DNA of 64,000 nucleotides from an uncultured delta proteobacterium (GCA_963842685.1 CAWJHT010000066.1:11281-75280), one strand, 5' to 3'; positions 22,013-34,529 are shown, counted from the stretch's first letter. Notes: a model not told the origin generated them from the letters alone. Numbers and translations: made by a program.

Positions 22013-22889
22013 TTACAAAGATCTGCCTGTCAGATAATCGGGGCGGAGCGTTCTTTGGACAATGCGACCTTTTTCCCAATCAGGTAGACGATAATCCATT
22101 ACGATCCGGAGGAATTGAGTGAGAATATGAAAAGTTGCGCCCCAGAGGATCTCTTCCCCACCATCCGGGTCACAGTGGATCAGGCATGGGTATTGGAAGG
22201 ATTTCTGGACGCCGGAGTCGGTCGGTTCGGGTAAAGAGAAGGTGTAACAGCCGATGAGATCTTCCCGGTAGAAGGAGGCCAGGGGAATTTCCACGATCTT
22301 TTCCACCTCGCGGTTCAGACGTAATGATCCTGGTCGCTCGACAAATCCCGCCAGAGGAAAAATCGTGCGCCTGAAAAGAGTCAGGCTATACGTGGGGATA
22401 GGGCCAAGGAAACGGACGCGGCAGGGGGAAAGTCCGATCTCTTCCCAGGCTTCGCGCAGGGCATTCGCAAGAAAAAGGGACATGATTTTCCGGATGGCTG
22501 GTTCCCGCTGTGATCGCATATGTACGCGCCGGGCCGCGGACGATGGGAAAGGGACCATGGATCAGCAGGGGGCGGAGCAGGCGGTCCAGAATCGGATGGA
22601 CCATGCCTCCCGGACAACTCAGATCGCCAGGTTGCGACACACGCGAGGAGCGTTTTATCAGCTGAAACACGAACTGCCCTTCAGACCGAGGGTCGGAAGG
22701 AGATGTCGCGAAAATACAGAGGGAGCAGAACCCCGGCCGCTGATGCGGGGCGACGGTTCTTACCGAAGCCCTTATCTGTTCCATTGCCGATAGAAAGTTA
22801 GAAGGATAGAGCCCAAGCCTTTCGGTCGCCCGTGTCAGAAATGGCTCGCGAGATTTGAAGAGTTCGGGATCTGCAGCCATGGTTCTCAT
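22013..22889 (-). CDS. Nudix hydrolase, CoA-pyrophosphatase-like (frameshifted)
   Basis: KRSSRVSQPGDLSCPGG, ALREAWEEIGL, ILWGAT. Confidence 0.8.
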
Positions 22890-23868
22890 CCCTTTTCTCG
22901 ATATTCTATGATGCCGGCAATGGTTCGTTCATACCAGCATCCTCGAGGAAAAGGATCGAGAAAACCGCAATGTCCGCCATGTTTCTGAATGGAGAGCCGG
23001 AGATATCCATTGCGGGGCAGACGGTGAAAATCATCGACAGCAACGAAAGGATCATCCTGAGAGGTGAAGATCGTGACCGGCATGGGCAGCTGAGGCCAGG
23101 ACATCTCCGGTCAGGGTATACCGGCGGAAGTAATCCATGTAATGTCCGAATTCCGTGTAATAAGGCATGATCGCCTCGGTCAGCCCCATGCAGGTGTTGT
23201 GATGAAGGATGTCGTCAAAGTGATAGAGGTCGGGAAAGCAGCGCTGTTTTTTCCGGAGAGATCGTTTCCACTTGGCGAGAAAATAATGGCGATAGACGGG
23301 AGAGCTGGCGTCGATGGCCAGAGTGGATTTATAGGGATCCAGGGCAGGGCTGATGCAGAAGACCTCCTTCAGATTGGATATAGGGGTAGAGGGATTGCCG
23401 AAGGGCGATACGGAGCGCAAAGTTTCCGCCCAGGGAAAATCCGATAAGATAGCAGGGTCCATGCGGCAGGAGACGGGAGATATTCTCGACCGCCTGGTGC
23501 GGTCTCTTCCGTCAAGGCGCCGTGAAAGAGTCCCCGGTTCAGGTGATGGCTTTTCCCATGGTCCCTCAGATTGAGCCGGAAGATGTCGTATCCCTGCCGG
23601 TAAAAAAAACGTCCGGTAGAGAGGATATAGGTGGAATCGGAGCTTCCTTCCCATCCGTGAAGCAGGATGATCAGACCCTTTCGCCTGCCGCACCGGCTGT
23701 CGGGAATGATAACCCAACAGACGGCACGCCGTTGCCGGCATCAACGATCACCTCCTGTGAGACGTCGGTCATCTCGTTTTTTCCCCAGACCCGCAGTCTC
23801 AGACTGCCGAAGATGGTCTGAAGGTGGGGACTTCTGGCCCAACCGCCGGGCTGAAAAGGTTCTTCCAT
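22886..23868 (-). CDS. YheT-like alpha/beta hydrolase (frameshifted)
   Basis: SPHLQTI, HGWEG, GFSLGG, DDP, GGHCGF. Confidence 0.82.
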
Positions 23869-23891
23869 GTTTGTTCCTCTATGACGGATAC

Positions 23892-23923
23892 ACAAAAGCC
23901 CGGTCTGGAGACCGGGCTTTTGT
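23892..23923 (-). terminator. Intrinsic terminator after tRNA-Met (bidirectional shape)
   Basis: ACAAAAGCCCGGTC-TGGA-GACCGGGCTTTTGT perfect hairpin. Confidence 0.85.
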
Positions 23924-23930
23924 ATGAATT

Positions 23931-24007
23931 TGGTGGCGGTGCAGGGAATCGAACCCCGGACACTACGGATATGAGCCGTATGCTCTAACCGGCTGAGCTA
24001 CACCGCC
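23931..24007 (-). tRNA. tRNA-Met(CAT), elongator type
   Basis: GGCGGTGTAGCTCAGCCGGTTAGAGCATACGGCTCATATCCGTAGTGTCCGGGGTTCGATTCCCTGCACCGCCACCA: cloverleaf, CAT anticodon, paired G1-C72, CCA end. Confidence 0.95.
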
Positions 24008-24122
24008 TGGTCTTTCAGGGCGCCTCGATACGACCGCATATGCGGTTTATCGCTGCTGGGAGCCCTTGTCTTTTATTTAGGCGCGAATCCACTATAACAG
24101 TATTTCCGAATTGTCAATCCTT

Positions 24123-25832
24123 CTATTCGCCTTTCAGCGTGTAGGCGACGATCACACTTCTGCCCTTGATGGATCCGCCCACGGAGAGGACCAGGGCGAG
24201 AACAACCTCGTTTTCCCCATCGTTGTCGATATCCTTGAACTGGTAATCCGCGACATAACCGCTGATCTTTTTCGTCCGCCAGTTTTCCACCATCCCCATG
24301 CCGTCCCACTCCAGATTATAGACCTCCGCGGAGGTGAAGAGTTTGACGCGCTGGAACATGCGTGCGGCAGAGGAGATGTTCTTGACGATGATGATCTCCC
24401 GCTTGCCGTCCTTGTTCGTATCATAGGTCAGAATCCTCAGATTGATATAGGTGATCACAGTCGTCATTTTCGGTTGTTTCTTTCCTGCCTTCGTTTCATG
24501 GGTTCGATATAGGTATTGCTTCCGCCGAAGACATCCTCGCTCTTCCAGAGGAATTCATTGCTGCCGCCGAAGATGGCGACTCTTGGAGAGGGGTTTGTCC
24601 GTCTGCTCGTAGATATGCAGAGTAATCATCTTCGTTAAGCGCGATGATCTTTTCCGCTCCGCTCGACCCAAGTTTGTCCAGGGTCAGTCCATAGACGGAA
24701 AGACCTTGCGGTATTCTCATCTTCTGTCCTTCCCGATATTCGCCGTTCTGCCATACGATTTCATGAATCGGGGTATCAAAGGGCTTGTCCATACCCCTTC
24801 TCTGTCCCAAGAAGAAGGGGATCCCCGATGCATTGTCGATGACCCTCATAAACCAGCGGAGATCGGAGGCGATCGTGACGAATTTCCCGTTCCGGAATTC
24901 GATGATGAAGGAATCGACCTGCTGGCCGGTGTAGCTCGAAACGATGATCTCCTTGATGCCGTTTCCGTTGATATCGGCGACGTCGACACTGATATAATTG
25001 TCATACGATTTTCCCGGAATCTGCTGGATCAGTTTGAACTCACTTCCTTTTTTCTGGTAGATGAAGATATTGTGCGGATCGATGATGACGGTTTCATTGA
25101 GCCCGTCCCCGTTGACATCCCCGATATCCATTCCTCTGAATTCATTTGGAAACTGCTGACTTTTCCAGAAAGTCTTCCTGTCGAGAGGTTGGGCGGCATT
25201 GATGAAATCGGGATTGATCGACGAGGTGAAGGTTCCCTTCTTGCTGCTTTTCATTCCGGAGATGATCTCCGCTTCGCGTGTGGTCTGGGGTCGAAGGCTG
25301 GCGGGAAACAATGATCTCCTTTGGAGCCGGCGAAGTCACTGCGATCTGGCGAGGGTGCACCGAGGATATGGGCTTCGATCTTCTGGGCAAAATCATTGAT
25401 CTTCGGGATGACCTCGTCCATGTTCGGACATCTGGGCGACGATCGCCACTGCCGCTTTGTTGGCGGCAATATCGACCAGCTTGCCGTCGATGCTCAGGCT
25501 GTTGCCGATCTTGGTAATGCTTCCCCAGACCACGAAGTCTGCATTGAGTTTCTTTCCCAAGGCTGTAGACATCGGCCGACGGTAAGCTCTTTTCCACCCG
25601 TTTCCTTCAGGGCGGTCAGGACCGAATCCTTGCCGACAACCTCGATCTTCTCATTGACGGAGATACGCGAGGAGAGCATATCGCCGATACCCTGTCGAAC
25701 ATAATCGATATTTTCCGCACTGTGGACTGAAAAGGGCAGGACGGCGACGCTGTTTTTCTCTTTTGCCCACAATGATGGCGCCGCAAAGACAAGACACAAA
25801 AGGCAGACGAGCCACTTGCAGGAATTTTTCAT
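24123..25832 (-). CDS. Secreted FG-GAP/VCBS-repeat protein with N-terminal TolB_N/CsgG-like domain (frameshifted)
   Basis: Signal peptide, VAVLPF, repeats GDVNGDGLNE, ADINGNGIKE, DTNKDGKRE, DIDNDGENE. Confidence 0.8.
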
Positions 25833-25988
25833 TCTTTTTCCCCCATTCCGATATCAAAGTAAAACCTTTATTATAGTGACATCTAACATGTCACATCTGA
25901 GAATTCAACCTGGATTTGGCTGATGAAGGAAGGCTGCTTGCGCCTTTGAGGCATTCCTTCGCTGGTGATCCGTGAGATAAATGAAGGA

Positions 25989-27893
25989 TTAGGATTTCAT
26001 GGATGTCGGATGCGCTGGCGGTTCTCCGGGATCGGCGAAGGGGATGGTCAGGTTGTAGATCCCGGACTCCATGACTGCGCGGATCGGAAAAGGCGCCTTT
26101 TCAAAGACTTTGAGCATGGCCTTGTTGTCGGCGATCACATCCGCCGTAAACCCTTCGATTCCCTGCTCGCGGGCGACCCGGATCAGCATTTCAAAAAGGA
26201 ATGAGGCGATGCCCTCGGCCCTGGTAGTTTTCATCGACGACAAAGGCCACATCGGCGAAGAGGACGGTCATGGTGACGGACATAACGACCTTCCGCGATG
26301 ATCCTCTCCGTTCCCGATTGATCGATCGATTCCGACGATGGACATGATCCGCTGATAATCGACGTTCACATACTCCTGCATCTTGCGGTGGGGCATCGTC
26401 TTGATCGGACTGAAATAACGATAGTAGACGGCGTTGTCGGAAAAACGGTAGAAGAGTTTCCGCATCTCCTCTTCATCGGAGGGTTTGATGGCGCGGAATT
26501 GGACGGTCAGTCCTCCTTTGAAAGTGTGGGTGTAGGCCAGCTTTTCCGGGTAGAGAGAACCGGAGTCCGACAGATAGATCTGATCCGCATAGAGGATATT
26601 GGCCTTTTTCGCCTGACGGATCAGATCAGCCCGATCATCTGGATGGGCGATGTCGATCAGCGCCTGGGCGCGTTCACGGACGGTTCGGCCGATCATCGAG
26701 GCGATCCCGTATTCCGTGACGATGAGATCGAGAGATTCGCGGTTGGTGAACTGATTGGGAAAATCCTCCACGGAGAGAAGGATGTTGGACTGTCCTTTCA
26801 GATTGCGGCTGGGAAGGGCGAAGATCGTCCGTCCCCCGCGGGAATGTTCGGCGCCGGCAAAGAATTCCTGCGCATGTCCCGGACCCGGGGTGACATTGCC
26901 CTTGCCGATGTGCAGGGCGATGCCGCCCGTCAGATCGACCTTGCGCGCGGGGAGGATGGCGATCATCTTGTCGTTGAGGCTGATCCGCAGATGATCGGAG
27001 ACCACATCGATCCCCTGAAACTCGACCAGGGGATTGCGGTGCAGCCATTGCATCAGTTCGGGCGTTCCCTGCGCGTAGGCAGTCAGGGATTTGTCGCGGA
27101 AATAGTTTTTCTTCCGATTGGTTACGGCGCCGCATTTGATCAGATCCATGAGGGGATCGGTAAAGAAGTAGGTATGCACGCCGAGATGGCGTTTGCGGGC
27201 CAGATGTCGACCCAGCGCCTCGAAGAGGGCGCCGGAGTAGAAGGAGATACAACTGCCGTCTTCCACGATGGAGGCGACATTGGCGGCCACCTTGTCGATG
27301 ACGTCATCGACCGGCCAGCGGGGAAAGTAGATCGGCGGTTCCGTCGCCCGGACCAGGTAATCGAAATCATCCACATGGACGAAGGTGTTGCCCATCGTTC
27401 GCGGGACGAGGCTGTTGATTTCACCGACGACGATGGAGGCCCTCTCCATGGCGTATTTGGCGACATCGACCGATACACCGAGACTGGCATAACCGGCCTT
27501 GTCCGGAGGGGTGATCTGGACGAAGGCGACATCCACGCGGATCGCTCCCGACTCGACCAGTTTCGGAATCTGGGAAAATCGACAGGGGATCATATCGACA
27601 GAACCGGAGGTGATCGCATCACTGGCCAGCCAGCCGGCAAAGAAGGTCTTAAGGCGGAATTTGTGGTTGTGGGCGGTGTTTTTGAAGGAGATGGCGTCGC
27701 CGAGGCTGACGATCTGAACCAGTTCGAGATCGGTCAGATTGCTCATCTCCGATGTCATGAGCTTCTTTACGAGGGTCCGGGGTTCGGCCACACCGGTTCC
27801 AAGGAAGATGCTCATCCCCGGTTCAATCTTGGAGAGAAAAACCTCGGGGGAAACCACTCGCTTTTCCCATCCGGAATCCACATCGTCAAACAT
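25989..27893 (-). CDS. Second acetyl-CoA hydrolase-like + GNAT fusion, catalytic Glu absent (frameshift near 26300)
   Basis: GVAEP, SLGVSVD, LGVHTYFF, VDLTG, IVTEYG, IAHPDDR, GNAT C-term. Confidence 0.88.
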
Positions 27894-28027
27894 TCTGCAA
27901 CCTCGCTTTGCCTTTCTTTGGTGTCGTTGAGATTATAAGTAAAAAATACGGCGAGAGGTTAAATTTGTCAATATTTTAAATAGGAATTGCGGATGAAGCC
28001 AGTTCCCTTTCCCACAGTGTAAAATCC

Positions 28028-28056
28028 TTGACTCCCATCTTGAGTCATAATACATT
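28028..28056 (+). promoter_or_regulatory. sigma-70 promoter of purB with overlapping palindrome
   Basis: TTGACT-N17-TACATT; TGACTC-N7-GAGTCA at 28029-28047. Confidence 0.55.
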
Positions 28057-28157
28057 ATTCAAGTATGTTTGAGTTTCCAAGGATATTCGAGCTTGAACAT
28101 ACAGGGAAAGGGGATTCGGGCAGGCACACATTGCGTCAAGACTGACAGGAGGAAACA

Positions 28158-29460
28158 GTGATACCGAGATATTCACGAGAAAAAATGACCGCGATCTGGA
28201 GTCCGGAAAACCGGTACCGGAAGTGGCTGGATATTGAAATTCTGGCCTGCGAGGCCATGGCCGAACGGGGAGAAATCCCTTAATCCTCCCTGAAAAACAT
28301 CCAGGAAAAGGCCGGATTCGACGTGAACCGGATCGATGAGATCGAAAAGACGACCAAGCACGATGTGATTGCCTTTCTCACCTCCGTGACGGAAAAGGTC
28401 GGCGAGGACGGCCGCTTCATTCACCTGGGACTGACCTCTTCGGATGTCCTCGACACCTCTCTGGCCCTCCTCCTGCGCGAGGCCGCCGATATTCTTATCG
28501 AGGATCTGGATGCTCCTTCTTGCTGCGCTCAAGAAGAAGGCCATCGATCATAAAAATACCCTCATGATCGGTCGATCGCACGGCATCCATGCAGAACCGA
28601 TCACGTTCGGCCTGAAGATGGCCATCTGGTATGCCGAAATGGAGAGAAACCGGGAACGGATGATCCGGGCCAGAGAGACGATCAGTACGGGAAAACTCTC
28701 CGGGGCGGTGGGAACATTCTCCTTCATCGATCCAAGCATCGAGACATATGTCTGTCGGAAACTGGGGCTGAAGCCGGCCCCTGTCTCCTCGCAGATCGTC
28801 CAGCGGGACCGCCATGCCGAATATTTCACGACCCTGGCCATCATCGCCTCTTCCCTGGATAAGTTTTCCCAGGAGATTCGTCTGCTTCAGCGGACCGAGG
28901 TGCGTGAGGTGGAGGAGTATTTTTCCCCCGGACAGAAGGGATCTTCCGCCATGCCCCATAAAAGAAATCCCGTCCTCTCGGAAAACCTTTCCGGGCTCTC
29001 CCGCCTGATGCGTTCTTATGCCTTGTCTGCCCTTGAGGATGTCGCGCTCTGGCACGAGCGGGATATCAGCCATTCCTCCGTGGAACGGATTATCGGACCG
29101 GATGCCACGATCCTTCTCGATTTCATGCTAAGCCGTTTCACCGGCTTGATCTCGCAGCTCGTCATCTATCCGGAAAGAATGCTCACCAATCTGCAGATGA
29201 CCAAAGGGGTGATCTTTTCCCAGATGGTCCTTCTGAAGCTGATAGAACAGGGAATCTCCAGGGAAGGGGCCTATGCCATTGTCCAGCGAAATGCGATGCG
29301 ATCCTGGCAGGAGGGGGCTGAGTTCCGTGAGTTGCTCCTGAAGGATGATGAGGTCGTTGCCAAGCTCAAGCCGGATGAGCTGTCCGCAGCTTTTAAAGTC
29401 GAAAATTTTCTCACCCATGTGGATTTCATCTTCAAGCGGGTTTTCGGAGAAAAACCATGA
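28158..29460 (+). CDS. purB: Adenylosuccinate lyase (apparent TAA at 28281 and frameshift near 28510, probably read errors)
   Basis: MIPRYSR start after [33 protein letters not shown]. Confidence 0.95.
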
Positions 29461-29481
29461 AACGATCTGCCACTGGTGCCG

Positions 29482-31113
29482 TCAGGTTTTTCGCCACAAT
29501 TCCTCGCGGGAAATGACGGTGTCCTTCAACCAGAGGCGATCATCCTTTTCCGGGTAGTCGAGGTTGTAGTGAAGCCCCCGGCTCTCCTTCCGCATCCGGG
29601 CGCAGGTGACGATGAGTTTGGCGGCCACGGCGATGTTCCGCAGTTCCAGTAAGATCCCGTGTGATGATGAAATTTCGGTAATATTCTTCAATTTCCCGGA
29701 TGATGAGGTCGATCCGGCGCTGCGCCCTCTCCAGGCGCTTGTCGGAACGGACAATGCCCACATAGTTCCACATGCAGCGGCGAATCTCGTCCCAGTTGTG
29801 AGACACGACGACCGATTCATCGCTTTCCGTCGCCCCTCTCGGATCCCAGGGCGGAATAGGCAGGGGATCATCCTCCACACTGGAAATGAGGTCGGCAATG
29901 CGGAGATAAGAGCGATGCGCAAAGACGATCGCTTCAAGAGCGAATTGCTGGCGAGACGGTTGGCGCCGTGCAGACCCGGTGCAGGAGACCTCTCCCGCAG
30001 GCAAAAAGACCGTTCGATGCTTGTTTCGCCGCATGGCATTCACCATGACCCCGCCGCAGAGGTAATGCTCCGCCGGGACGACCGGGATAGGGGTCCTGCG
30101 TCATATCGATGCCGAACTCCAAGACATTTTTCGTAGATATTCGGAAACCGCGACACCAGAAAATCCTTTTCCCGATGGGTGATGTCCAGCAGGACATAGT
30201 CATCACCGGACTTCTTGAGTTCGGTGTCGATGGCCTTGGCGACGACATCGCGCGGCGCGAGGCTCTTCATGGGGTGGTATTTCTCCATGAAGGTGGCGCC
30301 GCTTTTCAGTTTCAGAATTGCCCCCTCGCCGCGGACCGCTTCACTGATCAGAAATGATTTGGCATCGGGGTGGTAGAGGCAGGTCGGGTGAAACTGGATG
30401 AACTCCATGTTGGCGATCTTCGCACCGGCCCGGTAGGCCATGGCGATCCCGTCGGCGGTGGCGATGTCGGGATTCGTGGTGATCAGATAGACCTTGCCGG
30501 CGCCGCCGGTCGACAACATGATGAACTTCGCCCGGAAGGTATGGACTTCATTTTTGGCGATATCCAGGACGTAGGCGCCAAGACACCGGTCGCCACGCTC
30601 CATCTTCTGGCCGAGCACGGAGGACTTCATGATCAGATCGATCGGCGATGTGGTTTTCGAAGATCCGGATATTCTCTTTCCTGACCGGCCTTTTCGTGCA
30701 GCGCCCGTTCGATCTCCCGACCGGTCAGATCCTTGGCATGGATGACCCTTCGCATGGAATGGCCCCCCTCCCGGCCGAGATCGAACCGTTCCGGATCGGT
30801 GGTCGATCGGGTAAATTCAACGCCCCATTGCACCAGTTCGCGGATCCTCTCCGGACCCTCCGTCACCACGAAACGGACGACCTCTTCGTTGCAAGAGGCC
30901 GGCGCCGCAGGTCAGCGTATCGTTGATGTGATATTCGAAACGGTCCGTCTGATCCTGAACGACGGCAATCCCTCCCTGCGCCATATTGGTATTCGAGTCG
31001 GTCTTGTTCTTCTTGGTGACCATGGCGACGGTGCCCAGTTCCGCCGCCTTGATGGCAAAGCTGAGTCCCGCAATGCCGGTGCCCAGAACGAGAAAATCGG
31101 TATGAATTTCCAT
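29482..31113 (-). CDS. nadB: L-aspartate oxidase (frameshifted)
   Basis: [58 protein letters not shown]. Confidence 0.93.
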
Positions 31114-31210
31114 AGTTGCCTCTTTTCAGAAAAGTTTGTTTGCAAAAAACCGGTACTTCTATATATATTTCCCTTCGTTTTGTAAAAGAAAATATGCGGA
31201 GGATGAATCG

Positions 31211-32211
31211 ATGGTGGTCCTGGGTATCGAATCTTCCTGTGATGAAACAGCCGCCGCGGTGGTGAAGGATGGGCGACAGCTCCTCTCGTCCAATGTGATC
31301 GCCTCACAGGTGGATGTGCATGCCCGCTACGGCGGCGTTGTTCCGGAGATCGCCTCCCGCAAGCATATCGAGGCCATCGTACCGGTGATCCTTCAGGCCC
31401 TGGAGGATGCCGGGATAACCCTGGACGAGATCGAGGGAGTTGCCGTGACACGAGGCCCGGGACTGATCGGATCGCTCCTTGTGGGGTTGTGTGCAGCCAA
31501 GGCCCTGGCCTTTGTCCGACGTCTGCCTCTGGTCGGGATCAATCACCTGGAAGGCCACGTGGCAGCGATATTTCTTACCGACAATCCCCCGGAATTTCCT
31601 TTTGTCGCCCTCGTGGTTTCCGGAGGTCATACGACGATCTATCTGGTGGAGGGTTTTCGCCGCTTCACTATTCTGGGTCAGACACGGGACGACGCGGCGG
31701 GAGAGGCCTTCGACAAGGCGGCAAAGCTCCTGGATATCGGTTATCCGGGAGGGGTTGTGATCGATCGCCTGGCGAAACAGGGAAATCGAAATGCTCTCGA
31801 CTTTCCCCGGGCGATGAAGGACAGTCTCGATTTCAGTTTCAGCGGTCTGAAGACCTCCCTTCTGATGAGTCTCCGGAAAAGGGGGATCCCCTTTTCTCCT
31901 GAAGAATTGCCGGATGTGGCTGCCTCGTATCAGGAGGCCATCGTCGATGTCCTTGTGGAGAAGACCCTGCGGGCTGTCGAACTGACTTCAGTCTCCCGTG
32001 TCGTGGTCTGCGGCGGGGTTGCCGCAAACAGCCGTCTGCGCGAGCGGTTCCGCGACGAGACGGCTCGATCGGGTATCGACTTCTTCATTCCCCCGCCGGT
32101 TCTCTGTACCGACAATGCGGCGATGATCGCCATGGTCGGCGAACATCTTCTCAAGGAGGGGCACGGGACGGCCTGGATCTGAATGCGGTTTCCCGCTGGC
32201 CTCTCGCCTGA
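31211..32211 (+). CDS. tsaD: tRNA N6-threonylcarbamoyltransferase
   Basis: LGIESSCDET, GGVVPEIASRKH, HLEGH, VSGGHT, DDAAGEAFDK, TDNAAMI. Confidence 0.97.
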
Positions 32212-32290
32212 ACCCTATGGTAAATGTTTGCCGTGCCGGCCTATTTTGTTTCGCGCCGACTGATCGTAGCCGGTCGTGAAAGAGAAGCCC

Positions 32291-33154
32291 ATGAACTCCA
32301 TAAGAAAGATCCTTGCTCAGTATGACATCCGTCCTCGGAAGAGGCTTGGTCAGTCTTTTCTCGAGGATATGAACATGATCCGTCGGATCGCCGCCCTCGT
32401 TGCACCGGCAGGAGGACGAGACCGTCGTGGAAATCGGCGCCGGTCTGGGAGTATTGACGGCGGAACTGGCAAAGAAGGCCGGCCGGGTGATCGCTCTCGA
32501 AATCGATCCGCGCCTGATTGGTGTTCTGAGGGATCGCTTTGCCGGGTGCGACAGAGTGGAGATCGTTGCAGGGGATGTGCTGGCTTATGATTTTTCCTCT
32601 GCCTGTCCGGGCAGGACGGATCAAGGTCGTCGGGAATATCCCTTACCATATCTCCACCCCGATTCTCTTTCGTCTGATCGAGTACAGACGGACGATCGGA
32701 TCGATGGTCCTGATGTTCCAGAAGGAACTGGCGGACAGGATCACGGCACCTCCCGGGACGAAAGATTACGGAATCCCCTCGGTGATCGTCGCACGGTATA
32801 CGAGGGTCATCCGGAGTATGACGGTGCCCCCGACCTGTTTTTATCCCGAGCCCGATGTGGTTTCGTCGGTCTTAAACTTTGTCGTCTGTGAGGATGAGAC
32901 GAACGCCGGAGGATGAGGTGCTGTTTGCCATGACTGTCCGGTCGGCATTCTCCCATAGAAGAAAAACCCTCTGGAATAATCTCCGTGCGGCCGGTTTTAC
33001 CTCGGATACACTGGAACAGGTGATGAAAAAAACCGGCATCAAGGGTTCCCGAAGAGCGGAAACCCTGACGGTCGATGAATTCTGTCTGCTGGCAACGGAA
33101 CTGGCAGCCGGAGCGGGGCACGAGAAACTCCTTGACAAGCGATTAAGCATCTGA
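32291..33154 (+). CDS. rsmA: 16S rRNA dimethyladenosine transferase KsgA (frameshifted)
   Basis: KRLGQSFL, VEIGAG, NIPYHIS, MFQKE, FYPEPDVVS, RRKTL, RAETL. Confidence 0.93.
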
Positions 33155-33163
33155 TAGGTGACA

Positions 33164-33202
33164 ACCGACGCTTGGATCCGCTAGACGGACTGGGACGGAA
33201 GG
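33164..33202 (+). ncRNA. pan RNA motif (cis-regulatory leader of pantothenate genes)
   Basis: CGCTTGGATCC-loop-GGACTGGGACGG stem with bulged As between a TTGACA promoter (33132) and panC; matches my recollection of the Rfam pan motif. Confidence 0.7.
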
Positions 33203-33223
33203 ACATGTAAGTTCATACAAGAC

Positions 33224-33258
33224 AAGGCCTCTCGTCGTTGACGCGGGGCTTTTTTTTT
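33224..33258 (+). terminator. Intrinsic terminator/attenuator in panC leader
   Basis: AAGGCCTCTCGTC-GTT-GACGCGGGGCTT followed by a T run, 14 nt before panC start. Confidence 0.8.
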
Positions 33259-33272
33259 GAAAGGGGGAGCGG

Positions 33273-34130
33273 TTGGAGATCATTCAATCTGTAAAGGACA
33301 TGCAGGCGCTATCCGAATCGAAGAGGCGCCAGGGACGGAGGATAGTCCTCGTTCCCACGATGGGGTATTTCCATGAAGGGCATCTGAATCTGATGAAGGT
33401 CGGACGGAATCAGGGCGATGACCTTGCCGTGAGCATCTATGTCAATCCTATGCAGTTCGCCCCGACGGAGGATTTCGCGAATTATCCGCGGGATTTCGAA
33501 AGAGACAAAAGGCTTGCGGAGGGGGTCGGCGTCGATTGGATCTTCTCTCCTGACCACCGGGAGATGTATCCGGAAGGGTATCAGACCCATGTAGAAGTGG
33601 AAGGGGTGACAAACAATCTCTGCGGAATTTCCCGCCCTCGTTTTTTCCGTGGGGTGACCACGGTCTGCACCAAGCTTTTTCATATCGTGAAGCCCCATGT
33701 CACCATCTTCGGTCGGAAGGATTTCCAGCAGTATGTCACCATTAAAAGAATGGTTCAGGATCTCAATATGGATATCGAGGTCATCGGTATGCGGACCACC
33801 CGCGAACCCGATGGCCTGGCGATGAGTTCACGGAATGTATACCTGAAGTCGGAGGAAAGGGAATCCGCTCTCAGCCTCAGTCGATCTCTCCTTTTGGCAA
33901 GAGGCCTCTATGAGAAGGGTGAGAGGGAGGCTGAGGTCATCCTGAAAGAGGTGAGAGAGTTTATCGCCGGTCACCCCTACGTAAAAATCGATTATGCTCA
34001 GATCTGTGATGTGGCGACCATGAAGGATGTTTCCCGAATTGAGGGAAGCGCCGTGCTTGCCCTTGCGGTATGGGTCGGGAAGACAAGATTGATCGACAAC
34101 CATGTCTTTGGTGAACCTCTTGATATCTGA
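33273..34130 (+). CDS. panC: Pantoate-beta-alanine ligase
   Basis: VPTMGYFHEGH, VNPMQF, FGRKDFQQ, DGLAMSSRN, RLIDN. Confidence 0.97.
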   Translation: MEIIQSVKDMQALSESKRRQGRRIVLVPTMGYFHEGHLNLMKVGRNQGDDLAVSIYVNPMQFAPTEDFANYPRDFERDKRLAEGVGVDWIFSPDHREMYPEGYQTHVEVEGVTNNLCGISRPRFFRGVTTVCTKLFHIVKPHVTIFGRKDFQQYVTIKRMVQDLNMDIEVIGMRTTREPDGLAMSSRNVYLKSEERESALSLSRSLLLARGLYEKGEREAEVILKEVREFIAGHPYVKIDYAQICDVATMKDVSRIEGSAVLALAVWVGKTRLIDNHVFGEPLDI

Positions 34131-34163
34131 AAAAATTGCTTAAGACACAGGAGAAGGATTTTC

Positions 34164-34529
34164 ATGCAAAGGTTTATGCTCAAATCGAAGCTTCACCGGG
34201 CAATGGTCACCGATGCGGATCTCCATTACGAGGGAAGTATTTCCATCGACGAGCATCTGATGGAGGCGGCAGACCTTTTACCCTATGAGAAGGTGGAGAT
34301 CTACAACATATCGAATGGGGAGAGATTCTCCACCTATGTCATCCCCGGAGGAAGAGATTCAGGGACCATCTGTCTCAATGGAGCCGCTGCAAGAAAGGCA
34401 TCCCGAGGAGATCTGATCATTATTGCCAGTTATGTCATGGTCGATGAGGATAAAGTTTCAGGCTGGTCGCCGAAGTGTGTCCTTCTCGATGAAAAAAATC
34501 GGATCAAAATCAAGCACCAGGATGGATGA
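34164..34529 (+). CDS. panD: Aspartate 1-decarboxylase
   Basis: [28 protein letters not shown]. Confidence 0.97.
   Translation: MQRFMLKSKLHRAMVTDADLHYEGSISIDEHLMEAADLLPYEKVEIYNISNGERFSTYVIPGGRDSGTICLNGAAARKASRGDLIIIASYVMVDEDKVSGWSPKCVLLDEKNRIKIKHQDG

Noticed and set aside
23931-24007. tRNA as an integration site for a mobile element
   Set aside because: No integrase nearby and I saw no duplicated tRNA 3' end
28281-28283. In-frame TAA in purB as possible recoding
   Set aside because: Isolated ochre at a variable position; TAA is used as a normal stop throughout, so a base-call error is most likely
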